Both the position numbers and the translations under genes were made by a program. From NCBI GenBank assembly GCA_034432775.1, contig DAOUBH010000019.1, positions 9,719 through 73,718 on the forward strand: 64,000 nt of DNA. Reading direction: 5' to 3'. This stretch comes from Chloroflexota bacterium (GTDB lineage: Bacteria; Chloroflexota; Chloroflexia; DAOUBH01). The notes under the pieces are model-generated. The model was not told the DNA's origin. It did no database searches and saw only the letters and a list, made by a program, of their open reading frames with translations. Positions 35,844-44,889 of the stretch are shown here, piece after piece (position 1 is the stretch's first letter; each line of letters begins with the position of its first letter).

Positions 35844-37619
35844 ATGGGAAGCTCGTTCCGAAGGACACGCATTGTGTGTACTATTGGGCCTGCCAGCATG
35901 AGCGACGAGGTGATGCTGGGGCTCCTGCAAGCTGGAATGGATGTAGCTCGTATAAACTTCTCCCATTCTGACAGAGCTACAGCCCGAGATGTAGCTCGCA
36001 GACTTCGCCTTCTGGCCGAGCGCCACGGCTACAACGTAGCTCTCTTGGGCGACCTCCAAGGCCCCAGGCTTAGGATAGGATCTGTGCCTGAAGGCGTTAT
36101 CCTTCAAGAGGGCGATACCTTCACCATCACCACTCGCCCCACGGAGGGAAATAAGAGCCAGGCTTCCGTGGATTATCCTCTCCTGCCCGAAGACCTCCGT
36201 CCCGGCGACCTCATCCTCATCGACGATGGCCTGCTACAGCTTAGGGTGTTGTCCACCACCGAGACAGACGTTCATTGCAGGGTGGTTACGGGCGGGCCAC
36301 TGAGATCCCACAAGGGCATCAATGTCCCCGGCGTGACCCTCAAGGTTCCGTCCATAACGGAGAAGGATCGAGACGACCTGCGCACCTGTATAGAAGAGGA
36401 TTTCGAGTTCGTGGCGCTTTCCTTCGTACGGTGCGCTGCCGATGTGCTGCGCGCCAAGGACCTGGCCCGGCAGATGGGGGGCAGGGCCAAGGTTATCGCC
36501 AAGATCGAAAAGCACGAGGCGGTACCCAACTTTCGCGAGATATTGGATGTAGCCGATGGCATTATGGTTGCCCGAGGAGACCTGGGAGTAGAGATGCCAC
36601 CCGAGGAAGTACCGTTGATCCAGAAACGCCTGATACGGGCAGCAAACGAGCTTGGAAAACCGGTCATAACGGCCACCCAGATGCTCAACTCCATGATCGA
36701 CAATCCGAGGCCCACACGCGCCGAGGCCAGCGATGTGGCCAATGCCATATTGGACGGTACCGATGCGGTCATGCTTTCGGGTGAGACCGCGGTGGGTCGC
36801 TACCCCGTGGAAGCGACGCGAATGATGGCTCGAATATCACTGGCCACGGAGGCACAGTTTGACCACAGGGCATGGCTCCGCGCTGCAGCCGACAGGCGAA
36901 CACCCACCATTACCGAAGCCGTTACCCTTACCACCTGCGAAGTAGCTCAGAGCCTCCATGCTGCAGCCATTGTGGCATCCACATACTCGGGCTACACAGC
37001 GCGGATGGTTGCTAAACTCAGACCCGAAGCGCCCATATTGGCGATAACAGACCAGCCCACCACCTACCGCCAACTGGCCCTCACGTGGGGCGTCCGCGCA
37101 GTCCTCTGGCCTCGCGTCAATAACACTGACGAGATGATGGCTGCTGCCACCCAGGCAGCAGTAGAGTCAGGCCTTGCAAGACCGGGCGATGTGCTGGTTA
37201 TCACGGCAGGGCTACCTATCGGCGTCCCAGGTTACACCAACATGATGAAGGTCCAAGTCGTGGGCACTGTCCTTGCAACGGGGCAGGGGTTGGGCAAAGG
37301 CACTGTGACTGGGCCGGTTTTCTTGGTTGAACCCGGTGTGCCACGGGCAGCTCCCCCCAAAGCTGGGTTCATTTTGGTTGCCCCGCGGATCGATGCGACC
37401 ATGGATCCCCTCTTTGAAAAGGCCGTGGCCGTCGTTACCGAGGAGGAGGGCCTCACGTCCTACGCTGCCCTGAAGGCCGTGGAGGCAGGCCTACCCGCTG
37501 TGGTCGGCGTAGCCCGTGCTACTAGCGTACTCAAAGACGGCATAATGGTAACAGTGGATGCTGTGAGAGGTGTCATCTATGAAGGTGGATCGCCCGTAGA
37601 GGGTGGAGGACAGTCATGA
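35844..37619 (+). CDS. pyk: Pyruvate kinase with C-terminal PEP-utilizer swiveling domain
   Basis: TIGPAS, RINFSH, DLQGP, AKIE, MVARGDLG, TRAEASDV, MLSGET. Confidence 0.95.
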   Translation: MGSSFRRTRIVCTIGPASMSDEVMLGLLQAGMDVARINFSHSDRATARDVARRLRLLAERHGYNVALLGDLQGPRLRIGSVPEGVILQEGDTFTITTRPTEGNKSQASVDYPLLPEDLRPGDLILIDDGLLQLRVLSTTETDVHCRVVTGGPLRSHKGINVPGVTLKVPSITEKDRDDLRTCIEEDFEFVALSFVRCAADVLRAKDLARQMGGRAKVIAKIEKHEAVPNFREILDVADGIMVARGDLGVEMPPEEVPLIQKRLIRAANELGKPVITATQMLNSMIDNPRPTRAEASDVANAILDGTDAVMLSGETAVGRYPVEATRMMARISLATEAQFDHRAWLRAAADRRTPTITEAVTLTTCEVAQSLHAAAIVASTYSGYTARMVAKLRPEAPILAITDQPTTYRQLALTWGVRAVLWPRVNNTDEMMAAATQAAVESGLARPGDVLVITAGLPIGVPGYTNMMKVQVVGTVLATGQGLGKGTVTGPVFLVEPGVPRAAPPKAGFILVAPRIDATMDPLFEKAVAVVTEEEGLTSYAALKAVEAGLPAVVGVARATSVLKDGIMVTVDAVRGVIYEGGSPVEGGGQS

Positions 37620-39067
37620 GCTTGGAGAAGCACGGGCTTGTAAAGATCAAAGATTACCTGTGGGAAATACCGAAGCAAGGAGGTATGCGGGTACCGGGGC
37701 GTATTTACGCCAGCGAGAAACTCCTGGCTAAGATCCTGGAAGACAAGAGCTTGGACCAGGTGAGGAACGTCGCGTGCCTTCCCGGCATAGTGAAATACTC
37801 TTTGGCCATGCCCGACATCCACTGGGGATACGGATTCCCAGTTGGAGGCGTGGCAGCCTTCGATCCCGATGCCGGAGGCGTCATATCGCCCGGCGGCATC
37901 GGATACGACATCAACTGTGGGGTCAGGCTGCTCCGAAGCCATCTAAAGCATTCGGATATCAGGGATCGGATGCGAGACTTGGTAGCACAGCTCTTCAGAG
38001 ATGTGCCCGTAGGTCTGGGAGCCCGAGGCACCATTAGGCTATCCCCCTCCGATTATCAGGAGCTGTGCAGAAAGGGCAGTAGATGGGCCGTGGAACGTGG
38101 CTTCGGCCGAAAGGAAGATCTCGACTTCATCGAGGCGGGCGGCGCCCTTCCTGGAGCGGATCCATCGAAGGTCAGCCAGAGGGCCATGGAGCGGGGCAGA
38201 GATGAAATAGGAACTGTGGGCTCGGGCAACCACTTCGTCGAAGTGGATGTGGTGGCTGAGATCTACGACCACGAGGCGGCCCGTGCCATGGGCCTAGCCT
38301 TGGAACAGGTCTGCGTGCTCATCCACTGCGGGTCTCGGGGCTTCGGCCACCAAATATGCGATGACTACCTCAGGATTATGGGTCAGGCGATGAAGCGCTA
38401 TAACATTGAAGTGCCCGACCGACAGCTCGCATGCGCCCCCATCAACTCTCCAGAAGCCCAGGACTACCTGGGAGCAATGGCCAGTGCCGCCAATTACGCT
38501 TGGGCTAACCGTCAGGTGCTGACGCATCTCGTGAGAAAAGCCTTCCAACACTGCCTGAAGATGAGCGAGGATGACCTAGGCATGGCCATCGTTTACGACG
38601 TCGCCCACAATATCGCCAAATTCGAAGAACACGATGTGAACGGCTACCGAAAGAGGCTCTGCGTCCACCGAAAGGGAGCTACCAGGTCCTTCCCACCCGG
38701 TAATCCCGAACTACCTAAGGCATACGGTCACATCGGCCAGCCGGTTCTCATCCCTGGCAGTATGGGGACCGCATCCTATGTCCTTGTGGGGGCACAGAAC
38801 TCGATGCACGAGACCTTCGGCACCACATGTCACGGCGCTGGCAGGGTCCTTAGCCGCAGCAAGGCCAAGAAGGAAGCACCCGGACAGACAGTAAAGCGGC
38901 AGCTAGAAGAGCAAGGCATCTACGTGCTCAGCGACAGCCGCGAAACCCTCAGCGAAGAGATGCCAGCTGCCTATAAGGACGTCAGCGAAGTCGTGGAGGT
39001 TGTCCACCAGGCCGGCCTCGCCTTCAAAGTCGCCAAACTCAGGCCCATAGGCGTAATAAAAGGGTAA
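37616..39067 (+). CDS. rtcB: RNA 2',3'-cyclic phosphate/5'-OH ligase RtcB
   Basis: MPDIHWGYG, GYDINCG, GSGNHF, HCGSRG, HRKGA, HGAGR, EEMPAAYKD. Confidence 0.95.
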   Translation: MSLEKHGLVKIKDYLWEIPKQGGMRVPGRIYASEKLLAKILEDKSLDQVRNVACLPGIVKYSLAMPDIHWGYGFPVGGVAAFDPDAGGVISPGGIGYDINCGVRLLRSHLKHSDIRDRMRDLVAQLFRDVPVGLGARGTIRLSPSDYQELCRKGSRWAVERGFGRKEDLDFIEAGGALPGADPSKVSQRAMERGRDEIGTVGSGNHFVEVDVVAEIYDHEAARAMGLALEQVCVLIHCGSRGFGHQICDDYLRIMGQAMKRYNIEVPDRQLACAPINSPEAQDYLGAMASAANYAWANRQVLTHLVRKAFQHCLKMSEDDLGMAIVYDVAHNIAKFEEHDVNGYRKRLCVHRKGATRSFPPGNPELPKAYGHIGQPVLIPGSMGTASYVLVGAQNSMHETFGTTCHGAGRVLSRSKAKKEAPGQTVKRQLEEQGIYVLSDSRETLSEEMPAAYKDVSEVVEVVHQAGLAFKVAKLRPIGVIKG

Positions 39068-39181
39068 GGCGGCATCTCTAAGTGACCCTCGATCCGGATC
39101 GTTGGCGACTTCCAGGACTTCCCTGAGATCGCGCGGGCGTGGCGGACCACGCCAGTGCCCCGTGCGTCCATTTCAACTGAC

Positions 39182-39210
39182 TTGTCTGTCCGGTAGATAG
39201 CAGCTATAAT
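39182..39210 (+). promoter_or_regulatory. Sigma70 promoter upstream of the methyltransferase
   Basis: TTGTCT (39182-39187), 17-nt spacer, TATAAT (39205-39210). Confidence 0.6.
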
Positions 39211-39299
39211 CTTTTCAAGACTTTGCTTTAGTTTCCGTCCGTAACCCGCAAGTCATGGCCGATTTCGATCATCTGCTTAGTTCGGCGCGGAGCTAAAGT

Positions 39300-40216
39300 A
39301 TGTCACGAGCTGGGGAAGGTTCGAAACACGGGCGTCCGTGCGTACTCTGTGGCTCGGTTGCCCACCGTGTCCTGTTCCACAGCCCAGACCGGCGCTTTGG
39401 TATCCAAGGAGAATTTTCGGTAGCCCAGTGCTGCCGGTGTGGCCTTATGTTTCAGCATCCCTTGCCTGACCCGACCTGGGCTAGGGAAGTCCACGGCACA
39501 GCCATGCCCTCCCCTACCCGCATATATGCGGCATACCGATACCTGGTCAACCGCAGCCGCGTACGCTTCCTCCGGTCCCTTAGACCCCCGGGCAAGTTGC
39601 TCGATGTCGGCTGCGGAGACGGCTCCTTTTTGCTGTCAGCTCGAAGCGAAGGATGGGAATGCACGGGCACCGAGGTCTCCCCAGAAGCTTGTACTTTAGC
39701 GAGATCACGGTCGGGCATACACGTACATCTCGGAGAGCTTCAAGAGCTTTCACTACCCAGCGCTATTTCGATGTCGTCACGCTCCATCATGTCTTTGAAC
39801 ATATTCCAAACCCAGATGAATTTCTCCAGAACGTTAGTCGGGTTCTATATGACGATGGGATCTTGGTTGTAGAGGTACCCCACGTAAACAACATTGTTTT
39901 TAAAATCTTTCGGGGCTATTACTACCATATCGATGTACCGCGCCATAGCTTCTTCTACAAGAAAGATACGCTTTTAGACATCCTCCGTCGGTATGGGTTC
40001 CGCATGCTGAAAGTGGATGCCCCCAGCTGGCATTACCCTGAGGGCATTGCTGAAAGCACACTGTTATGGCTACAAGCCCGCGGGCTGAGGGGCAAGGTGT
40101 TCAAGTCTGCTTGCTACGGCATAATGGCGTTGCCCACCCTCATCTACCTCACCTTGACGTTGGGCCGCCTCTCTTCGGAAGTGGTCCGTGTCGCAGCCGT
40201 AAAGGCTCCAGTTTAG
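39300..40216 (+). pseudogene. Class I SAM-dependent methyltransferase (Cys-rich N-terminus), frameshifted near 39755-39765
   Basis: Frame 1 (CVLCGS, CCRCGL, LLDVGCGDG) and frame 2 (YFDVVTLHHVFEHIP, GILVVEVP, VPRHSFF) are two halves of one family member; adding one base after CTA CCC would join them. Confidence 0.75.
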
Positions 40217-40526
40217 ATCAGCACCGTGACAAGAGTCGAGCTAGTGCTCCAAGGTGTTGCATGGCACTGGACACCAAAGCTTCACCGTCCAAGCCCTTTG
40301 ACATATAGAGCCCATCTCGGCGTTGGACGATATTGGCAACTACAGATATGGTCAGAGCTCCTTCTGGCACAGGCCGATTGCTCTCCACAAATACGGCTAC
40401 ATCCCGTCAGGTTTCCACCAGGGAACCATCGAAAGGGAGGGCTTGCGGTTGGAACTGCGGAGTCACCGTGGAATGCCGTCAGAATTTCTAAGACGAACAG
40501 TCTGGGCCGTGTTTTTGCATCGACAT

Positions 40527-40625
40527 TGGCGGGGATGTATGGGAGTCGAACCCACCCACGACGCCCTCCAGGCGCCGTACTACGGTTTTGAAGACCGCGG
40601 GACCCACCGGGATCCATCCATCCCC
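40527..40625 (-). tRNA. selC: tRNA-Sec (anticodon UCA)
   Basis: GGGGATGG...CGGTCTTCAAAACCG anticodon arm (TCA at 40591-40589), long variable arm, GTGGGTTCGACTCCCAT T-arm, encoded 3' GCCA. Confidence 0.93.
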
Positions 40626-40694
40626 AGATAGATAGTATACTGTGCCGCGGTGAGGTGATATAATGCCTTGACTGCTGCGGAAGGGGGAAGACAC

Positions 40695-41837
40695 TTGCAA
40701 CGGTCTACGGTTGCTGTTCTCCGTACCTCTCCTGACAAGGTATTGGATGACTACGCACACCTTCTCGAGGTGGCAGGCGCTCGCCAGGCCTTGGATCCCA
40801 CAACCACCACTATCCTGAAGGACAACATATCGTGGCACTTTCCATTTCCGTCCGCCAATACCACCCCTTGGCAACTGGAAGGGACCATCCTCGGGCTTAG
40901 GGCTCTGGGCTACGCCGATCTAGTATGCGTGCAAAATAAAACGGTAGTCACCAACGCCTTTAAGGGGGAGGATCTGAACCACTATGTACCCATATTCCGC
41001 TCCTATGGTATCCCTGTCCTCTACAATTTCCGAGAAGACGACATGCGATGGGTGGAATACAGGCCCAGAACCAAAATGCTAGTGCTCCACCACATCTACC
41101 CAGAAGGCATCTACCTGCCCGACTACTTCTTTGGCAAGAACGTCGTACATCTTCCTACGGTCAAGTGCCACATTTACGCCACGACAACGGGCGCAATGAA
41201 GAATGCCTTCGGCGGTCTCTTAAATACAAAACGCCACTACACCCACAGCTGGATACACCAGACCCTGGTAGACCTTCTGGCGATCCAGAAGGAGATACAC
41301 ACCGGCATATTCGCCGTTATGGATGGGACAACGGCAGGGAACGGCCCCGGGCCCCGCACTATGCGTCCCGAGGTCAAGAACGTCATCCTCGCCTCGGCCG
41401 ACCAAGTGGCTATCGATGCCGTAGCAGCCAAGCTGATGGGTTTCGATCCGATGACCATCGACTATATCCGACTAGCCCACGAGGCTGGCTTGGGCTGCGG
41501 CGACCCCAGGGCAATAGAGATCGTTGGTGACACCGACGTAGCCTCCGAATCGTGGAACTTCACTGTGGGCGACAACGGTGCTAGCCTCGTCGGTGACATC
41601 CTGTGGTTCGGCCCCCTAAAGCGCCTCCAGCACATTTTCTTCCGGACCCCGTTGGTCAACCTCTTCATCTTGGGCTCAGAACTCTACCACGACTACTACC
41701 GATGGCCGTTCAAAGACCGCAAGGTCTTTCAGAAATGGCTTCAGGATACGCCTTGGGGACAACTCTTCCAGAAATACGCAGCTGAGGGCCCCCAGGGGTC
41801 CAAGACCGCCACCGCCCAAGGAGCCCTCGCCTCCTGA
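40695..41837 (+). CDS. DUF362 domain protein
   Basis: KDNISWH, NTTPWQLEG, LPTVKCH, TGAMKNAFGG, DQVAIDAVA; start set at TTG 40695 (SD-based; 40668 is the alternative). Confidence 0.8.
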   Translation: MQRSTVAVLRTSPDKVLDDYAHLLEVAGARQALDPTTTTILKDNISWHFPFPSANTTPWQLEGTILGLRALGYADLVCVQNKTVVTNAFKGEDLNHYVPIFRSYGIPVLYNFREDDMRWVEYRPRTKMLVLHHIYPEGIYLPDYFFGKNVVHLPTVKCHIYATTTGAMKNAFGGLLNTKRHYTHSWIHQTLVDLLAIQKEIHTGIFAVMDGTTAGNGPGPRTMRPEVKNVILASADQVAIDAVAAKLMGFDPMTIDYIRLAHEAGLGCGDPRAIEIVGDTDVASESWNFTVGDNGASLVGDILWFGPLKRLQHIFFRTPLVNLFILGSELYHDYYRWPFKDRKVFQKWLQDTPWGQLFQKYAAEGPQGSKTATAQGALAS

Positions 41838-41977
41838 AAAGCCCTAACTCTGGTCCACGATCCCGAAGTTGAGGTTGCAACCCCATCGCACCGGACCGTG
41901 CCACGCGATAGCTCCAATGCCATCGGCCCGTTGAGACTACTAGCGACCCAGGGAAGATACACGGGCAGGGGCTGCCC
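41826..41977 (-). ncRNA. Candidate 6S RNA (ssrS-like long rod RNA)
   Basis: Manual pairing gives nested helices GCCCCTG/CAGGAGGC, CTGGGTC/GACCAG, CAAC/GTTG, GGGCCG/CGGTCC and GATGGC/GCTATC. UCCCUGGGUCG and ACCUCAACUUCGGG resemble 6S elements. No covariance search was possible. Confidence 0.45.
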
Positions 41978-42022
41978 ATGGCCCCGTCATGGGTATCTAG
42001 CCCAACAGCGCGATCCATAGGA

Positions 42023-42086
42023 GGGCAGGGTTAGAGCGAAGTTACCCATTCCTCGGGCAGGGTCAGAGCGAAGTTACCCATTCCTC
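42023..42086. repeat. 32-bp tandem duplication of the hemerythrin gene 3' end
   Basis: GGGCAGGGTTAGAGCGAAGTTACCCATTCCTC (42023-42054) and GGGCAGGGTCAGAGCGAAGTTACCCATTCCTC (42055-42086), one mismatch. Confidence 0.9.
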
Positions 42087-42596
42087 CCAGCGGCGCTTTT
42101 CAGCACCCATGTGCTCCGCATCCGCACTCTCGAATTGCTGGGCCAGTGACAAGTCCTCCTGAACTGAAAGCACACTTTCCGCCATAGGGAATAGTACTTC
42201 GTTCTCCTTGAGGATATGCTGGCGAAGCAACGCAGTGTAGGCGCGGAGCGCTTCGGCCATAGCAGGACCCACTGAGGTATCGCCAGCGCCGTAGCGAGCA
42301 ACCGATTCCCTAAAGGAACGTACCAACTGTCTAGCTGTACCATGTTCCTCTAGCATGGCACCGATGGGGCCACCCTCCACCGGTATCCCCTTCTCCGATA
42401 ATAGAGGAAACAGCAGATCTTCCTCCTTGGCATGGTGACACTGGTCGGCGTATCTTGCAATAAAATCCAGTGCCCGACTTAGAAAGTCGGCAGGCACCGA
42501 TGAGCCGGCCGTAAGGTCGGCTGCCTTGGCATCTAGTTTGTCCAGCATCAGCCAAATGTGGTCATGTTCAGCAACCAATATGTCGATTGATCTCAT
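42063..42596 (-). CDS. Hemerythrin/HHE cation-binding domain protein
   Basis: EHDHI, CHHAKEEDLLFP, EEHG, HILKENEVLFP. Confidence 0.9.
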   Translation of the reverse strand: MRSIDILVAEHDHIWLMLDKLDAKAADLTAGSSVPADFLSRALDFIARYADQCHHAKEEDLLFPLLSEKGIPVEGGPIGAMLEEHGTARQLVRSFRESVARYGAGDTSVGPAMAEALRAYTALLRQHILKENEVLFPMAESVLSVQEDLSLAQQFESADAEHMGAEKRRWEEWVTSL

Positions 42597-42687
42597 CGTC
42601 CACCTCTAAGATCATTTGGTGATGAATTTTACTAGAATATCCCCAGAATGTGCTAGGGTACAATGGTTCGTGGATTAGGAGAGGAAT

Positions 42688-43896
42688 ATGGCATCGAGGA
42701 TAATGCTCTACACAGGCAAGGGCGGGGTAGGAAAGACTACCGTGGCCGCAGCGACGGCCCTGAGATGCGCCGATCTCGGATACAGGACCATAGTCCTCAG
42801 TACCGATGCGGCCCACAGCCTCGGTGATAGTCTGGACAAGGAGCTTGGCCCTGAGCCAGTGAAAGTATCGAAGAACCTGTGGGCCCAAGAAATCGATGTC
42901 TACTATTCCATAGAAAAGCACTGGCGCACCCTCCAGCGCTACTTGTCGGCCATTCTGAGGTGGCAAGGCGCCGAGGGACTGCTCGCCGAGGAGATGAGCG
43001 TCATTCCTGGTATGGAAGAAGGGGCCAGTCTCCTCTGGGTGAACCAGCACCATTCCGAGGGCGAATTCGACGTCATCGTAGTGGACTGCGCTCCAACAGC
43101 AGAGACCCTCAGGCTCCTCAGCCTCCCCGACGTGGGACGATGGTGGTTCGACCACCTCTTCCCCATAGGGAAGAGAGCCACCCTTCTCCTCGGACCGGTG
43201 GCCAGACCCTTCCTGGACAACATGCCTCTACCCGACAAGGAGATTTTCGATGCCGTCGAGGAATTGTTCGACAAGCTAGGCGAAATTCACGGTCTTCTAT
43301 CGGATCCTGAGATCTCCACCGTAAGACTCGTCATGAACCCAGAAAAGATGGTGATCAAGGAAACGCAGCGCACCTATACTTACCTGAACCTCTACGGTTA
43401 CGTGACGGACCTGGCAGCCGTAAACAAGCTCATACCAGAGAACGCAGGAGACTATATGAAGGGTTGGCGGGAGTCCCAGGCCCGATACGTTCAAATGGTC
43501 GAAGAGATATTCAGCCCCCTTCCCATAATTAAGATCCCCCTCCTAGAACAGGAGGCCGTGGGTTTTAAGATGCTCCGAGCGGTCGCCGACGCTGCCTTTG
43601 AAGACCAAGACCCTGTCAGGGTCTTCTATTCGGCACGGGCGCAGGAGTACACCCGTACCGACAGTCACTACGAGCTGCGCCTCAAGCTGCCCTTTGCCAA
43701 GAAGGAGGAACTGTCCCTCCTCCTGCGCGGAGAAGAGATAACCTTGCAGGTGGGCCACTACCGGAGAAATATATTGCTTCCCCGCACCCTCGTGGGACTT
43801 GAGGTGGAGGGCGCCACCTTCGAGGGCGATACCCTGGTCATAACCTTCCTAACCCCCGAAGGGAACACCCAAAGACAGCAGCGCGGCCTCCGCTAA
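42688..43896 (+). CDS. ArsA/GET3-family ATPase with C-terminal HSP20-like domain
   Basis: GKGGVGKTT, STDAAHSL, DCAPT, LVMNPEKMV, and C-terminal YELRLKLPF...GHYRRNILLP. Confidence 0.9.
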   Translation: MASRIMLYTGKGGVGKTTVAAATALRCADLGYRTIVLSTDAAHSLGDSLDKELGPEPVKVSKNLWAQEIDVYYSIEKHWRTLQRYLSAILRWQGAEGLLAEEMSVIPGMEEGASLLWVNQHHSEGEFDVIVVDCAPTAETLRLLSLPDVGRWWFDHLFPIGKRATLLLGPVARPFLDNMPLPDKEIFDAVEELFDKLGEIHGLLSDPEISTVRLVMNPEKMVIKETQRTYTYLNLYGYVTDLAAVNKLIPENAGDYMKGWRESQARYVQMVEEIFSPLPIIKIPLLEQEAVGFKMLRAVADAAFEDQDPVRVFYSARAQEYTRTDSHYELRLKLPFAKKEELSLLLRGEEITLQVGHYRRNILLPRTLVGLEVEGATFEGDTLVITFLTPEGNTQRQQRGLR

Positions 43897-43944
43897 GTTG
43901 ATTTCTTTGATACAATTAATAAAGTAACCCGCGGAGGTGAGGTC

Positions 43945-44505
43945 ATGGAGACGGAGCTCAGGGAAGCTCAAAGGTCATCCCTGGAGAACTACGTCAAAGA
44001 ATTGGTGGAGACCTACTTACAGGAGAGAGAGCGCCGCAAGACCAAACGGCTCGCCATAATTGCCTCCAAGGGAACCTTGGACATGGCGTACCCACCCTTC
44101 ATTTTGGCTACAGCAGCCGCAGCCATGGGCTGGGAGGTAGGCATCTTCTTTACATTCTACGGACTTAACCTCATCCACAGGGAGAAAATGAAGGCCCTTA
44201 AGGTGGCGCCCTTGGGGAATCCTGCAATGCCTATGCCCGTACCGAACCTTGTGGGAGCCCTCCCAGGTATGACCTCCCTGGGAACGGCCATAATGAAGCG
44301 AATGTTCCGCGCCCACAAGGTAGCCAGCATTCAGGAATTGGTCGACATGGCCAAGGAGGCAGGGGTCAAACTCTTCCCCTGCGCTATGACGGCCGAGGTC
44401 TTCGGTTACAAGAAGAGCGACTTCATAGATGGCGTTGAAGATATGGCCGGGGCCGCCGGTTTCCTAGCCTTCGCCGCCGACGCCGACGTCACACTGTTCA
44501 TATAG
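43945..44505 (+). CDS. DsrE/DsrF-like (DrsE_2/DsrE3-type) sulfur relay protein
   Basis: SKGTLDMAYPPFILA, FFTFYGL, FPCAMT, GAAGFL. Confidence 0.88.
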   Translation: METELREAQRSSLENYVKELVETYLQERERRKTKRLAIIASKGTLDMAYPPFILATAAAAMGWEVGIFFTFYGLNLIHREKMKALKVAPLGNPAMPMPVPNLVGALPGMTSLGTAIMKRMFRAHKVASIQELVDMAKEAGVKLFPCAMTAEVFGYKKSDFIDGVEDMAGAAGFLAFAADADVTLFI

Positions 44506-44512
44506 ACGACCG

Positions 44513-44755
44513 TCAAGAAACCTTCTTGATCCAAAACTTGTAGATACCGTCTTCCTCTTCGACGGCTAGGATCTGGTTGCCTGTCTGCTTTTCCCAAGCA
44601 GGTATGTCGGTCTTCGACCCCGGGTCTGTCGCCAACAGCAATATCACCTGCCCAGGCTCAAGCCGCTTCATCGCCTGCATAAGCCTCACCACAGGCACCG
44701 GGCAAAGAGCGTCCCGCGCGTCCAAAATCTCATTGGGTTCTATCTTGGTCGTCAA
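44513..44755 (-). CDS. TusA family sulfurtransferase
   Basis: LDARDALCPVPV, ATDPGSKTDIPAW. Confidence 0.9.
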   Translation of the reverse strand: MTTKIEPNEILDARDALCPVPVVRLMQAMKRLEPGQVILLLATDPGSKTDIPAWEKQTGNQILAVEEEDGIYKFWIKKVS

Positions 44756-44889
44756 GGCGCTTCCTCCAAAAAGTGTAGAAGTTAAATCCAGTTAGTAAAG
44801 TATACCACAGGCCTCAGATATTCTAGAATATTCTGGATACCGGCCATGGGAGCCCGGAAGAAGCCAACATCTTGAACAGGAAAGGAGCT

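Noticed and set aside
39068-39110. attR-like duplication of the selC 3' end bounding an island
   Set aside because: GGCGGCATCT after rtcB only loosely resembles the tRNA end GGCGGGGATGT; not a real match.
40218-40466. Minus-strand frame with internal TGA (40407-40409) as a new selenoprotein next to selC
   Set aside because: The context (SLVET-*-RDVAV) has no redox motif, there is no SD or clear SECIS, and no family is recognisable; decay is more likely.
42023-42086. 32-bp direct repeat as a CRISPR array
   Set aside because: Only two copies, directly adjacent with no spacer, overlapping a coding 3' end, and no cas genes.
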